Source: a virus
Taxonomy: Duplodnaviria; Caudoviricetes
Length of the DNA stretch: 63,566 nucleotides
Reading direction: 5' to 3' (one strand)
Virus record (IMG/VR): IMGVR_UViG_3300025832_000008
Coordinates: 1 to 63,566 of that record
The notes under the pieces: generated by a model
The model's database searches: none
What the model saw: the letters and a program-made list of their open reading frames with translations, nothing else
What the model was told of the DNA's origin: nothing
Shown: positions 47,927 to 56,824 of the stretch, one piece after another
How positions within the stretch are numbered: position 1 is the stretch's first letter
Layout: each line of letters starts with the position of its first letter
Made by a program: the position numbers and the translations under genes

Positions 47927-48250
47927 CTAAAACGGTAGATCGTCTGGATTTGCACTTGCTTGAGGTGCTTTATCCATTTGAAGTGGTTTACCATCTCCTT
48001 CGTAAGGAGCTTTATCAGGGAAATTACCATTTGTCCAAGCTACTTTTACATTACCTAGATATACTTTAGGTTCTTTATCTTCTCTTTCTTCTTTCGATTG
48101 AGCAACTGTAATAGGACCTTGATTACCAAACTTATCAAAGTCATCATTGATTGTAATTGTTATAGGAAGATACTCTCCCTTTTTACCTTTAATGATTTTG
48201 TCTTTTGGTATCTCACTTAGATTGATACTTGCATTTACTATTCCTGCCAT
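47927..48250 (-). CDS. ssb: Single-stranded DNA-binding protein (Bacteroidota-phage type)
   Basis: C-terminal DDLPF tail; SINLS.I.K...GKKG.YL...YLGN. Confidence 0.8.
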   Translation of the reverse strand: MAGIVNASINLSEIPKDKIIKGKKGEYLPITITINDDFDKFGNQGPITVAQSKEEREDKEPKVYLGNVKVAWTNGNFPDKAPYEGDGKPLQMDKAPQASANPDDLPF

Positions 48251-48277
48251 AATTTAATATTTATTTGTTTTTCTTTT

Positions 48278-49009
48278 TTATAATGTTTTATTAATAAAGT
48301 ATTGATTTGGATCGAAAGTATCTGTATTATAAAATAAATCATATACTTCACTAGCCTTTTCAACTTTTTCCGCGCCCCTCTCTAAAAATTGAGCAGAGCA
48401 ATCAAACACACCTATTTGATGCGTCTTCTTATCTATAGCTATAAATACAAACTCATAACCAAATATCTTACTATAGATATATGCTTGTGAATCATAGTTG
48501 TATTTATTAGCTGACCACTTAAACCCTTCAAGGTCACCAGTTGTTTTAAGATCAATTATTAACTTTTCATCGTGGTTAATAACATCAGCTTTACCTTTCC
48601 ATTTTTGGCCGTGTAGATCAACTATACCAGGTTGTTCATATGTAACATCCGCATTACGTATTAAATCCATACAGACATTGTTATTCATAACCTTGTCTAT
48701 CATTTTATCTATTACGTCAACTTCATGCTGTAATAAACATAGCTCACCACCAGATAACTCTTTATACTTATTAGTATTACGAGTACTTGATTCAATGATT
48801 TTATACTTTTTAAGCTTACCAGGTTCTAGTATTGCTGTGTGGAAATAACCACCAACTAAAAAAGCTGAAACCATTTCTCTTGGACCACGTAAAGCTAATG
48901 GATTAGTTAATAATGTGCTAATGTCAGAGTTACTTAAAAACTGTTGACCAAACTCACCATAATAGTGTTCGTCTTCACGAAGTTTTTCTATTATTTTTTT
49001 TTCATCCAT
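48278..49009 (-). CDS. PD-(D/E)xK exonuclease (RecE/ExoVIII-like)
   Basis: LS.S, G..FH..ILEP, KGK.D...IIDLKTT and Y..QA..Y motifs. Confidence 0.85.
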   Translation of the reverse strand: MDEKKIIEKLREDEHYYGEFGQQFLSNSDISTLLTNPLALRGPREMVSAFLVGGYFHTAILEPGKLKKYKIIESSTRNTNKYKELSGGELCLLQHEVDVIDKMIDKVMNNNVCMDLIRNADVTYEQPGIVDLHGQKWKGKADVINHDEKLIIDLKTTGDLEGFKWSANKYNYDSQAYIYSKIFGYEFVFIAIDKKTHQIGVFDCSAQFLERGAEKVEKASEVYDLFYNTDTFDPNQYFINKTL

Positions 49010-49011
49010 TA

Positions 49012-49578
49012 TTAACGAAGTTGACTAAGTACTACAGGACTAACTTCATACTTAGCTGTAATCGCATCAATATTACCACCACCTTTTATATACTCTTTTG
49101 CTTTCTCTAAAGCTGCGCCATCTAACTTTGGTTTATGTTCTGATGAACCTTTGCCATGAGAATTAGTTGCGTCACTATCTTGAGTGTCATCAATTAAAAG
49201 TAAATTACCTAAAGAGTATTTCTTTCCATAAGAAGAGGCCGAGCCAAATGCTTGAGGAGTTTGCATACCTTTTTGAGCTAAATCAACTCCAACTAAAGCT
49301 GTTGCATGTATAGCATCTGTGCCATTACTAATTGTTGCTGTTGATAGAACAATCGGAACCGTATCAAATGAAACTATCTCTTCATTAATACGAATCGTTA
49401 CATTAAACTTAGTTAGATAAGGTTTGATAGCTTCTAAAATATCCTCTGCGGAGCGATACTTATATTTACCAAAGCTATTAAATCTACCTTTTTCTGTTTT
49501 GAAATTAGATTGAATAAAGCTTAATATCTCATTTAAAGATTTAGGCTCTTCAACAGTTTCTTTTTTTGTTACTGCCAT
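49012..49578 (-). CDS. erf: ERF-family ssDNA-annealing recombinase
   Basis: N.FGKYKYRS.EDILEA.KP and Q..GSASSY..KY.L..L..IDD..D.D. Confidence 0.9.
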   Translation of the reverse strand: MAVTKKETVEEPKSLNEILSFIQSNFKTEKGRFNSFGKYKYRSAEDILEAIKPYLTKFNVTIRINEEIVSFDTVPIVLSTATISNGTDAIHATALVGVDLAQKGMQTPQAFGSASSYGKKYSLGNLLLIDDTQDSDATNSHGKGSSEHKPKLDGAALEKAKEYIKGGGNIDAITAKYEVSPVVLSQLR

Positions 49579-49598
49579 TTGATTTTATTTAATTAATA

Positions 49599-49606
49599 CA
49601 AATATA
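49599..49606 (-). promoter_or_regulatory. Bacteroidota-type -7 box upstream of erf
   Basis: TATATTTG on the minus strand, 20 nt before the ATG at 49578. Confidence 0.5.
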
Positions 49607-49615
49607 ATATTTAAA

Positions 49616-50362
49616 TCATAGGAAATCAACCACTTGCGATAATTTTATTTTTTTTGATAAAGAGTCTATAGCTTGTTTTTTGATCTGTGAAATTTTCACA
49701 TGGGCACTAGTGCCATTAATACCAATCAACTTAGCTATCTTTTTTGCTTTATGCTTATCACAGTCTAATCCATAACCTAATCTTAGTACCTCATATTCAT
49801 CGTGTGACAATGCTGTTTTCATTATACTTAGTATAAATGAGTTCAACATATCAACTCGATATTCTTTATTTGAATCTGGAATATTATAGTACACGTTATT
49901 ACTAACGTCATCGTCTATACTTTTAAATATAGAATTAAAAAACATTCTTACTTTTTCTTCGTCGCTCTCACCGGCATTTCGTATTTCGTTTATTTTATGT
50001 TCAGGTATTCTCATACCAGCTCTATTTATATCTATAGCTCTTCGTATTGCGCCTTTTATTCTTTTTGAGAAAAAGCTTTTTATACTTTTTTCAGTATCTT
50101 CTTTTGACAATGCAAAATCTATATCCCATTTATCTACTGCCTTTATTAGACCAATAGATCCTTCTTGTATTGCGTCTTCTATATTTATAATACCAGATGT
50201 CTGATCTGCCATTGAAAATCCTCTTGCTATGTTTTCAACTAATGGTAAAAACTTAATTATAAGTTCCTCTCTAGTATATTCATCCCAAAACTTTCCATCA
50301 GGTTGGTTGCACTTAACATCTTTTTTATATATAGTGTAGTTCTTTAAGCTGTAATTTTTCAT
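49616..50362 (-). CDS. Phage-encoded sigma70-family RNA polymerase sigma factor
   Basis: Region 2: LI...LPLV..IA..F...ED.IQEG.IGLIKAVDK.D...I..AI.RAI...MRIP; region 4-like C-terminus. Confidence 0.9.
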   Translation of the reverse strand: MKNYSLKNYTIYKKDVKCNQPDGKFWDEYTREELIIKFLPLVENIARGFSMADQTSGIINIEDAIQEGSIGLIKAVDKWDIDFALSKEDTEKSIKSFFSKRIKGAIRRAIDINRAGMRIPEHKINEIRNAGESDEEKVRMFFNSIFKSIDDDVSNNVYYNIPDSNKEYRVDMLNSFILSIMKTALSHDEYEVLRLGYGLDCDKHKAKKIAKLIGINGTSAHVKISQIKKQAIDSLSKKIKLSQVVDFL

Positions 50363-50979
50363 AAACCATTGTTTAAAATTGTTTTCTCTTGTTTTAATTC
50401 ATCACCCATATTTCTATGGATCGTTCGAGAAGTACAACTCAATAGCTTAGCTATTTTACTTATAGTAATTCTTTCAGCATTGTTATTTATTTCTAACATA
50501 CATTGGTATATGTCATCTTTTTCAATACTTTTGGACCTACCTATTAGCTTACCAACAATTTTTAATTTCTCATCAACAGTTAAACCACAACCTATTTTAA
50601 ATATAACCTTACGCAGTCTATTCTTTGGTGCTAACTTAAATTCTTCATTATAAATCTCTGTTGCAAACTTAAGCAATAAACTACTTGGTACGTTTATTGA
50701 TACAAAGTTATTATGCTTATCAATTAAAAAGTAGCATAGTTCAAACCAATTAGCTTCAGGCATATCTTTATTTAAAAACCTAAGAACTAATAAATGCCAT
50801 TTTAAACTCTTGATAGAGTTAATCATAGCTTTTGTTCTGAATAACTCGTAACATTGATAAGTACCATCCTCGTAATACCAACCCCAGTTATAAAAATCAC
50901 TAGGTTTATCTGTCCAAGGATAACCAACATATATAATGCGTCGTCTATTTAACCATTCAGTATTTCGATTTTGTGACAT
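50359..50979 (-). CDS. Hypothetical protein with C-terminal helix-turn-helix
   Basis: TISKIAKLLSCTSRTIHRNM. Confidence 0.75.
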   Translation of the reverse strand: MSQNRNTEWLNRRRIIYVGYPWTDKPSDFYNWGWYYEDGTYQCYELFRTKAMINSIKSLKWHLLVLRFLNKDMPEANWFELCYFLIDKHNNFVSINVPSSLLLKFATEIYNEEFKLAPKNRLRKVIFKIGCGLTVDEKLKIVGKLIGRSKSIEKDDIYQCMLEINNNAERITISKIAKLLSCTSRTIHRNMGDELKQEKTILNNGL

Positions 50980-51018
50980 TAGCCCCTTATTATATATATC
51001 TTAAGGCCTATTGTCACA
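50972..51018 (-). promoter_or_regulatory. Long palindromic element P, copy 2 (overlaps start of the HTH gene)
   Basis: tgtgacattagcc-N20-ggcctattgtcaca; on the minus strand reads GTGACA-N17-TATAAT. Confidence 0.7.
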
Positions 51019-51080
51019 GTTTTGATAAAATCATGAATAGCCTATTTTTTTTAATAAAAAAATATTTGTGTGATTAAATG

Positions 51081-51088
51081 CAAAATTA
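51081..51088 (-). promoter_or_regulatory. Bacteroidota-type -7 box upstream of the HTH-sigma operon
   Basis: TAATTTTG(CA) on the minus strand, ~100 nt before the ATG at 50979. Confidence 0.45.
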
Positions 51089-51108
51089 ATACATTTCATA
51101 AAGGTTAT

Positions 51109-51315
51109 TTACATTGATTCATAATCATCACCTACTACAACGTCAAGTTCATCACCGATTCTTGAAATTGTATTAGATAACTGAATGGCTAGATCTTCAA
51201 TCCATTCTCTTGATTTATTACTTAGTATTATTTTCTTTTCTTTAGTACTTAGTTCTTCAAAAACTATATTATCAGATCCAGATCTAAAAAATATTCCAGA
51301 TAAATTTCGTTTCAT
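51109..51315 (-). CDS. Hypothetical protein
   Basis: ORF track. Confidence 0.7.
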   Translation of the reverse strand: MKRNLSGIFFRSGSDNIVFEELSTKEKKIILSNKSREWIEDLAIQLSNTISRIGDELDVVVGDDYESM

Positions 51316-51602
51316 ATATATATAATGTTAAATAAATTGTTATACGATGCGTTTAGATGACATTTAACGACATCTAAATCAATTTATGTATATACAATAA
51401 AATTGAAAAAGAGTGGTCGTTAAAATCAATATTTAGAACTTAAGTAATTTAAGTTTTCTTCTGTATTTTATTAATAATACTATGTTATTATACTCAATAC
51501 TTTGTTGTTTAATAAGTGAGTTTAATATCTCACACTCTAATTGAGCAATATATAATTCTATAAAATAAATATGCTTGTATTTTCTAATATTCATAGTTAT
51601 TA

Positions 51603-51926
51603 TTATTTTCGTTGCTCCGCACAGTATATTAATGATTTTTCAATGACATCTTGTATTTCTTCTAATATTTCACAAACAAAAACAATAGAGTCTATTTCAA
51701 TGGTTATTCTATTATCATAATCAAAATTAAAACTTAATTCCATTAAGTCATTAACATTAAAATCTGAAGCATCTATATTTGATAAAGTATTTTCAACTAT
51801 AGATTTGACTTCTGAAAATGTAAATAATTCTTCTTGCGTGTTTTTGTATTTTTCAACTAAATCTTCTAACTCTTTTGTGTTTTTGTGTTTTTCAACTAAA
51901 TCTTCTAACTCTTTAAGTAAACTCAT
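51603..51926 (-). CDS. Hypothetical acidic protein with a 13-aa tandem duplication
   Basis: KELEDLVEKHKNT / KELEDLVEKYKNT. Confidence 0.75.
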   Translation of the reverse strand: MSLLKELEDLVEKHKNTKELEDLVEKYKNTQEELFTFSEVKSIVENTLSNIDASDFNVNDLMELSFNFDYDNRITIEIDSIVFVCEILEEIQDVIEKSLIYCAEQRK

Positions 51927-51947
51927 TTTTATTTGTATTTATTTGAT

Positions 51948-51981
51948 TTTTATATATTTTACTACGTTTTATATCTGTAAG
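51948..51981 (-). promoter_or_regulatory. Promoter-like motif, copy 9
   Basis: ttttatatattttactacgttttatatctgtaag, upstream of the ATG at 51926. Confidence 0.6.
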
Positions 51982-52051
51982 ACACTGATAGCATATATGC
52001 TTTGTAGATATACCACTTGGTATCAATGTATTACAAATTCTACATCTTATA

Positions 52052-52267
52052 TTATTTTCTCCATTCATTAAAAAAATCTTCTAATATATTTATTGAACTA
52101 TATCTATTTTCAAAAAATTCAACAACATCTTCTGATGTGTAGTTGTTTTTATACCATGATGGATAAAACTCTGTTACTTCATAGCCATTGATTTTCTCGT
52201 AAAAAGATATAACTTTCATTAATTGATATTTATCAAGATGTTCCCATTTTGCAGCTATTCCATCCAT
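52052..52267 (-). CDS. Hypothetical protein
   Basis: ORF track. Confidence 0.65.
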   Translation of the reverse strand: MDGIAAKWEHLDKYQLMKVISFYEKINGYEVTEFYPSWYKNNYTSEDVVEFFENRYSSINILEDFFNEWRK

Positions 52268-52381
52268 TGTTGTTCATTAAATTTTAATATTAAACTTCTT
52301 ATTTTTTTACCAAGCTCTGCATCGTTAGGTTCTTCATCTATTAAGGTATACATGTCGTGTAGCATGTATAGCATCTCAATT

Positions 52382-52747
52382 TCAGTTTTGCCTTTGTAAG
52401 TATTTGTCATAATTTTTTAATATATAAGTTACTAAGTATTCATATCTAAGATGACGGTAATCTATAAGAACTCTTTGCTTGCATTCACGTCTATGTACTT
52501 TAAGATATTTATCTATCCAACCGAAAAAAGATTTAATACAAGGATTTATTTGGTAAGCATTAACGTTTTTATGGCTTATTAGCACTCTAACGTAGCCAGA
52601 CTTATAAATACCAAACTTTGGTTTATAACCCCACTTATTTTTTAAAGGTAATTCCCATATTTCTGTGCCATTTTTTTTCTGTATATCAGATGTAACTTCA
52701 GTACACCCAAAATGAATAAGCAACTCTTTAGATTCAACTATTGTCAT
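52382..52747 (-). CDS. Hypothetical protein
   Basis: Downstream of promoter motif copy 10. Confidence 0.75.
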   Translation of the reverse strand: MTIVESKELLIHFGCTEVTSDIQKKNGTEIWELPLKNKWGYKPKFGIYKSGYVRVLISHKNVNAYQINPCIKSFFGWIDKYLKVHRRECKQRVLIDYRHLRYEYLVTYILKNYDKYLQRQN

Positions 52748-52763
52748 TGTTATTTAATTTTAA

Positions 52764-52798
52764 TTATTATATATATTAGTACGTTATAGATCTGCAAG
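52764..52798 (-). promoter_or_regulatory. Promoter-like motif, copy 10
   Basis: ttattatatatattagtacgttatagatctgcaag. Confidence 0.75.
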
Positions 52799-52805
52799 AG
52801 CAGTA

Positions 52806-53048
52806 TTATAAATTTATTCTTCTTGATCTAGCTAATGCCATTGTTATTTCATATGGCAAGCATTCGCATCCGTCATAATCAATTAGTTCACCGTCTTCAA
52901 ATATTAGTTTACCACAAGCATAATATATTGATCCTTCAGTATCTGAATCGTATAGCTCCCAAAAACCGTGTTCAATACCAAATATCTCACTTGGTACCAT
53001 AATTAGGTAATCTTTATCATGACTTTTGCCCTCGATCCTTTCAAACAT
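52806..53048 (-). CDS. Hypothetical acidic protein (L.DYDG...LP)
   Basis: ORF track. Confidence 0.75.
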   Translation of the reverse strand: MFERIEGKSHDKDYLIMVPSEIFGIEHGFWELYDSDTEGSIYYACGKLIFEDGELIDYDGCECLPYEITMALARSRRINL

Positions 53049-53487
53049 TAGTTATTTTATTTAATCCTACTATTTCTCTTACAATGTTTAATGTTTCAAC
53101 TAATGAACTAGGATCAATATTTCTTTTTTGAAATAAAAATATAGCGTCTTTCATTGTATTAACATGGTATATAACTGTAGCGTGATCTCTGTTTAGTATA
53201 CGCCCAACCTTAGGGAAGGTAATACCGTAATCAACGTAGAATATATAAGATAAGCATCGTCTAAGCATCACTAAATCAGCACCACGTTTTTTAGATATAA
53301 CTTCAGACACCGTGGCAATCTTAGTTGTTTCACAAACGGTCTTCATACTAGACATTGCTTTAGCAAGTCTTTGTGTGTTAATTCCATTTCTATCAGCGTT
53401 TTCTGTTACAACTGTTCTGTTTAGTGTTGAATATAGAGAATCTAATTCTGTTTGTTTTTCTCGTATTTCTTTAAGTAATTCTTCCAA
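53041..53487 (-). CDS. DnaA C-terminal (domain IV) HTH-like DNA-binding protein
   Basis: S.KR...LV..R....Y.......T...VG..LNRDHATVIY matches the DnaA domain IV signature RDHTTV. Confidence 0.8.
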   Translation of the reverse strand: MEELLKEIREKQTELDSLYSTLNRTVVTENADRNGINTQRLAKAMSSMKTVCETTKIATVSEVISKKRGADLVMLRRCLSYIFYVDYGITFPKVGRILNRDHATVIYHVNTMKDAIFLFQKRNIDPSSLVETLNIVREIVGLNKITNV

Positions 53488-53488
53488 T

Positions 53489-53794
53489 TTAAAATAATTT
53501 TTGTGTTAATGCTATTTTAGCTGTTTTTGTTATCTCTTTATTTTTACCGCCTATATGCCAGTTTATTAATTCTTTTTTCTTAATCCATCCATATTCTTTC
53601 CAACAATATAATGTAAATATATCGCCGTTTTCAAATTGAAATAACCATTCGTACTGAACTTTTTCATCAGGTGGTCCTTCGTAATCTGGTTCACCAAGTT
53701 CTGCATAAAGCTCACTTAATGTTGCTTCTATAGAAACACCATGATACGATGTTCCATTTATCATGCTCTCATGATCTAGTCTTTTAAATTTCAT
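53489..53794 (-). CDS. Hypothetical protein (KV..EW...FT.Y.WK...WHIGG)
   Basis: Conserved-looking phage small-protein motif. Confidence 0.8.
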   Translation of the reverse strand: MKFKRLDHESMINGTSYHGVSIEATLSELYAELGEPDYEGPPDEKVQYEWLFQFENGDIFTLYCWKEYGWIKKKELINWHIGGKNKEITKTAKIALTQKLF

Positions 53795-53938
53795 GTTATT
53801 AAAGATATTAATTGTGATACTACATACATAACGCCATAGAAGAAAGCAAACCCTACTGGTACTATAATTAAATAAGCTATTATATGTAAAGCTGCTCTTA
53901 TAAATTCCTCACTCATGTTGTTATTTTATTTATTTTAG

Positions 53939-53973
53939 TTAATATATAATTTACTACGTTATAAATCTGCAAG
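53939..53973 (-). promoter_or_regulatory. Promoter-like motif, copy 11
   Basis: ttaatatataatttactacgttataaatctgcaag. Confidence 0.72.
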
Positions 53974-54104
53974 TGTTATTAAAACCCCAACAAATAATGA
54001 CCACATCCCTTGTCTGAGTTCAGTGTATTGTCAAAAGTTGCTAGGGTTATGTGTTAAGGTTCTAACCTCCTCCCAAAGATTTATTTAACTTAACACAATT
54101 TCAT

Positions 54105-54383
54105 TTAATCTTTCCAGATCATTACTGTTCCTGGATCATAATACTCGCAGTACCAACCTAATTTATCTAATTCTTTAACGAATTTATTTAGTACACCGAT
54201 TTCATATAGAGAACTTTCTGCATAGTAATCGAAAATATCTAATCCGTCTAATGTTTCACAATTTTCGGCGCTAACCCATATACCACCTGGAGTACCATCA
54301 AATTGTTCTGAAGTTCTAACAAATTTTAATCTTGTTTTCAAGAAGTCCATTACATTTTTTCTATTATTTTTCATGTATAGCAT
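54105..54383 (-). CDS. Hypothetical protein
   Basis: ORF track. Confidence 0.75.
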   Translation of the reverse strand: MLYMKNNRKNVMDFLKTRLKFVRTSEQFDGTPGGIWVSAENCETLDGLDIFDYYAESSLYEIGVLNKFVKELDKLGWYCEYYDPGTVMIWKD

Positions 54384-54612
54384 CTATATTTTCTACTATA
54401 AGCTCATCACCATGTGCTGATTGTATAGTTAAACCTAACTCATTGAAAATATTTTCAAACGCTGTTGAGTTATCAATGATGTTGTTGAGGTGGACTGCCG
54501 CCACCGGATCGTCGGATGTTGCCATGTTTATGAATCCTAAATAGTCAGGAGACTTAGGATCAAATTGGTAGTCGGTTGCAATTACTTGCTGAATGAATTC
54601 TGTTGTTGTCAT
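54364..54612 (-). CDS. Hypothetical protein
   Basis: ORF track. Confidence 0.7.
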   Translation of the reverse strand: MTTTEFIQQVIATDYQFDPKSPDYLGFINMATSDDPVAAVHLNNIIDNSTAFENIFNELGLTIQSAHGDELIVENIDAIHEK

Positions 54613-54650
54613 TTCTTTTAATTTTATTAAGTTATTAGTAATTCGTATAA

Positions 54651-54896
54651 TTAGCTGTCTATTGAAAATCTGATCATTCCATCAGAGATACATTTAGTAC
54701 CTCCGTAAACAGAACCTTCTGTTTCTTCTTCAACGGCACGTATCAAATCATGTGCACTAATGCCTATATTTCTTGGTATAGGATATTTAAAGTATTCAAT
54801 ACCATTTTCTGCTTTTTGTTTAGCTATTGTAATGATATTACCTACTTGAGTTCTTTGATTAATTTGTTGCTGATTTTTATTTACTTTTATTTTCAT
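54651..54896 (-). CDS. Hypothetical protein
   Basis: ORF track. Confidence 0.7.
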   Translation of the reverse strand: MKIKVNKNQQQINQRTQVGNIITIAKQKAENGIEYFKYPIPRNIGISAHDLIRAVEEETEGSVYGGTKCISDGMIRFSIDS

Positions 54897-54901
54897 AATT
54901 T

Positions 54902-55120
54902 CTATTTGTTACTAAGTTGATTATAAATTTTTGTTAGTATTACTTGCATAAGATCTTCATATAGATCTTGGAATGTCTCATCTTCTTCAGTCATACAGTC
55001 TGCTTCAACAAAATCCATAACTTTGTAAGTTAACTCAGTTGCTGATATTTCCTTGCTTAGATTAAAGAAATAATCTACTGTGTCTTCTGACCACGTGAAT
55101 GCGCTTTTGTAATTTTTCAT
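54902..55120 (-). CDS. Hypothetical acidic protein
   Basis: ORF track. Confidence 0.7.
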   Translation of the reverse strand: MKNYKSAFTWSEDTVDYFFNLSKEISATELTYKVMDFVEADCMTEEDETFQDLYEDLMQVILTKIYNQLSNK

Positions 55121-55121
55121 T

Positions 55122-55265
55122 TTATACTTGTTTATGGAATTTCCAGATTTTATTGTACGCTTGTTTACTAAATTTAGCGTAGCTCTTTTTATTGGTGTAT
55201 AGCACTTTGTTGTATTCCTCTGAAGTAAACGGTGTACATTTTAGATTATCAACTGATACTTTCAT
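55122..55265 (-). CDS. Hypothetical 47-aa protein (not in ORF track)
   Basis: MKVSVDNLKCTPFTSEEYNKVLYTNKKSYAKFSKQAYNKIWKFHKQV; coupled to its neighbours. Confidence 0.6.
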   Translation of the reverse strand: MKVSVDNLKCTPFTSEEYNKVLYTNKKSYAKFSKQAYNKIWKFHKQV

Positions 55266-55450
55266 TAGTCTTTTTGATAATAAGTTAAACCTTTATAGTT
55301 AATGAACTGATATATACCATCAGCATCTCCATAGGATCTACAACCAAACTTATTAGGTATTTTACATAGATCGAAATGCTCGAACTTTTGACCATTTAGA
55401 GTTATAATTTTCTTAAATGAAGTCGGTGAGTTAAATTTTAGATTTGCCAT
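55265..55450 (-). CDS. Hypothetical protein (61 aa), paralogue of 1616..1801
   Basis: Aligns over its full length. Confidence 0.85.
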   Translation of the reverse strand: MANLKFNSPTSFKKIITLNGQKFEHFDLCKIPNKFGCRSYGDADGIYQFINYKGLTYYQKD

Positions 55451-55473
55451 TATGTTTATTTATTTAATTTAAG

Positions 55474-55508
55474 TTATTATATAATCACTTTCGTTATAGA
55501 TCTGCAAG
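55474..55508 (-). promoter_or_regulatory. Promoter-like motif, copy 12
   Basis: ttattatataatcactttcgttatagatctgcaag. Confidence 0.75.
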
Positions 55509-55856
55509 TAACAACAGTAACATCTTTAGTTCTTCAACTGTTTCAGCTTGAAACTCATTTAAGAGCTCTTCACCGTATATATAAACTAACATGTTAACAG
55601 TGTTTTCACTATTATCGTAAATACCATATGTGTCACCATAATTGTCCCTTTCATATTGTTGGCAAATACTTACCGCTTCAAACGGATCTATGTTATGCTT
55701 TTGAAGCCACATATTACATTCAAAGTACCCTATAATATAGTAATCCTCGTTAAACGCCTGAAAGTGCCACTCTTCAGTATTATCATTTGTTAGTACACCT
55801 TCGTTAACAAGGTCTAAAACGTATCTTGTTAGTTCTATTTTTATTGAGTGTTTCAT
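55494..55856 (-). CDS. Acidic protein, possibly Ocr-like DNA mimic
   Basis: FNEDYYIIG...WL...YE.DN.G...E..VNM.VYI.GEE.L, resembling podovirus early acidic proteins. Confidence 0.6.
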   Translation of the reverse strand: MKHSIKIELTRYVLDLVNEGVLTNDNTEEWHFQAFNEDYYIIGYFECNMWLQKHNIDPFEAVSICQQYERDNYGDTYGIYDNSENTVNMLVYIYGEELLNEFQAETVEELKMLLLLLADL

Positions 55857-55862
55857 ATCTTG

Positions 55863-56018
55863 TTAACAACATTTACATTTACTCCATTCTTTTCCGTTCC
55901 TACAGGTCTCACCCATATCTTCGTACTCGTCATCAAATACAGCGTGCTCTAGGCATTCACCGCATAGTTCGTCACTTAGGTAGCTAGCTTCAGCTCCACA
56001 ACAATTACTTGTACTCAT
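55863..56018 (-). CDS. Cys-rich 51-aa protein (not in ORF track)
   Basis: MSTSNCCGAEASYLSDELCGECLEHAVFDDEYEDMGETCRNGKEWSKCKCC. Confidence 0.7.
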   Translation of the reverse strand: MSTSNCCGAEASYLSDELCGECLEHAVFDDEYEDMGETCRNGKEWSKCKCC

Positions 56019-56304
56019 GTTTTACTGTTATCAATTTATTATCTATATCTAATGTTATAATACCGTCTTTAAATTCTTTAAGTCTTTTAAGTATGTCGTG
56101 TTTATTACCTTTGATTCCAAAGTATTTTTTTACATCACCTATTTTCCAATGAGCGTTAGGCTTCATACCTGTATGTACATATATACTTAGCTCACATACA
56201 AGACAGCATAGATTGTAGTACCCTCTATTAGATTGCTTACCATTTATCATTAAAGGTTTAGCCCAGTCTTTCTCAAACGGTGTTGGTTCAATTACTTTTT
56301 TCAT
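56005..56304 (-). CDS. Hypothetical protein
   Basis: ORF track. Confidence 0.75.
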   Translation of the reverse strand: MKKVIEPTPFEKDWAKPLMINGKQSNRGYYNLCCLVCELSIYVHTGMKPNAHWKIGDVKKYFGIKGNKHDILKRLKEFKDGIITLDIDNKLITVKHEYK

Positions 56305-56495
56305 GATTCTTGATTTTTTAAATAGTTAAAGTGTTCCGTGTATAGCAACTCAAGGTCACTAATGGTTAATGGTACACGATTTAGTTCTTTCGATGTAGAG
56401 ACTATTTGTTCTCGTTGATCTATAGTTAGTTGATTCCACCAATGCCACACGCCTGAGCTTCTGCTAACATGGTTATATGTTTTATTATTTCTCAT
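56301..56495 (-). CDS. Hypothetical protein
   Basis: ORF track. Confidence 0.65.
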   Translation of the reverse strand: MRNNKTYNHVSRSSGVWHWWNQLTIDQREQIVSTSKELNRVPLTISDLELLYTEHFNYLKNQES

Positions 56496-56500
56496 ATTTA

Positions 56501-56767
56501 CTAAGTGTTATCGCTAATATATGACATGAAGTCAAGTGCGGTTACACAAGGATCATCGTGCTCGTTACCACCAGGTGTATGTTGGTATTCAATGCCACAT
56601 GTCTGAGCTTCTGCATCCCACCAGAACATGTATCCAAATGAGCTTACATCTTTGCGATCTATATAATCTTTAATATAGATTTCAGTGCTTGATTTTTCTA
56701 CATACTCGTAGTAACTAGCTATTAGTTTAATTTCTTCTTCAATGTTAATTGCTTTGTCGTTTTTCAT
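56501..56767 (-). CDS. Hypothetical protein
   Basis: Downstream of promoter motif copy 13. Confidence 0.72.
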   Translation of the reverse strand: MKNDKAINIEEEIKLIASYYEYVEKSSTEIYIKDYIDRKDVSSFGYMFWWDAEAQTCGIEYQHTPGGNEHDDPCVTALDFMSYISDNT

Positions 56768-56793
56768 TATGTGCGTTATTATTAATTTATAGG

Positions 56794-56824
56794 TTAATAT
56801 ATATTTTAGTTCGTTATAGATCTG
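56794..56824 (-). promoter_or_regulatory. Promoter-like motif, copy 13
   Basis: ttaatatatattttagttcgttatagatctg. Confidence 0.68.
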
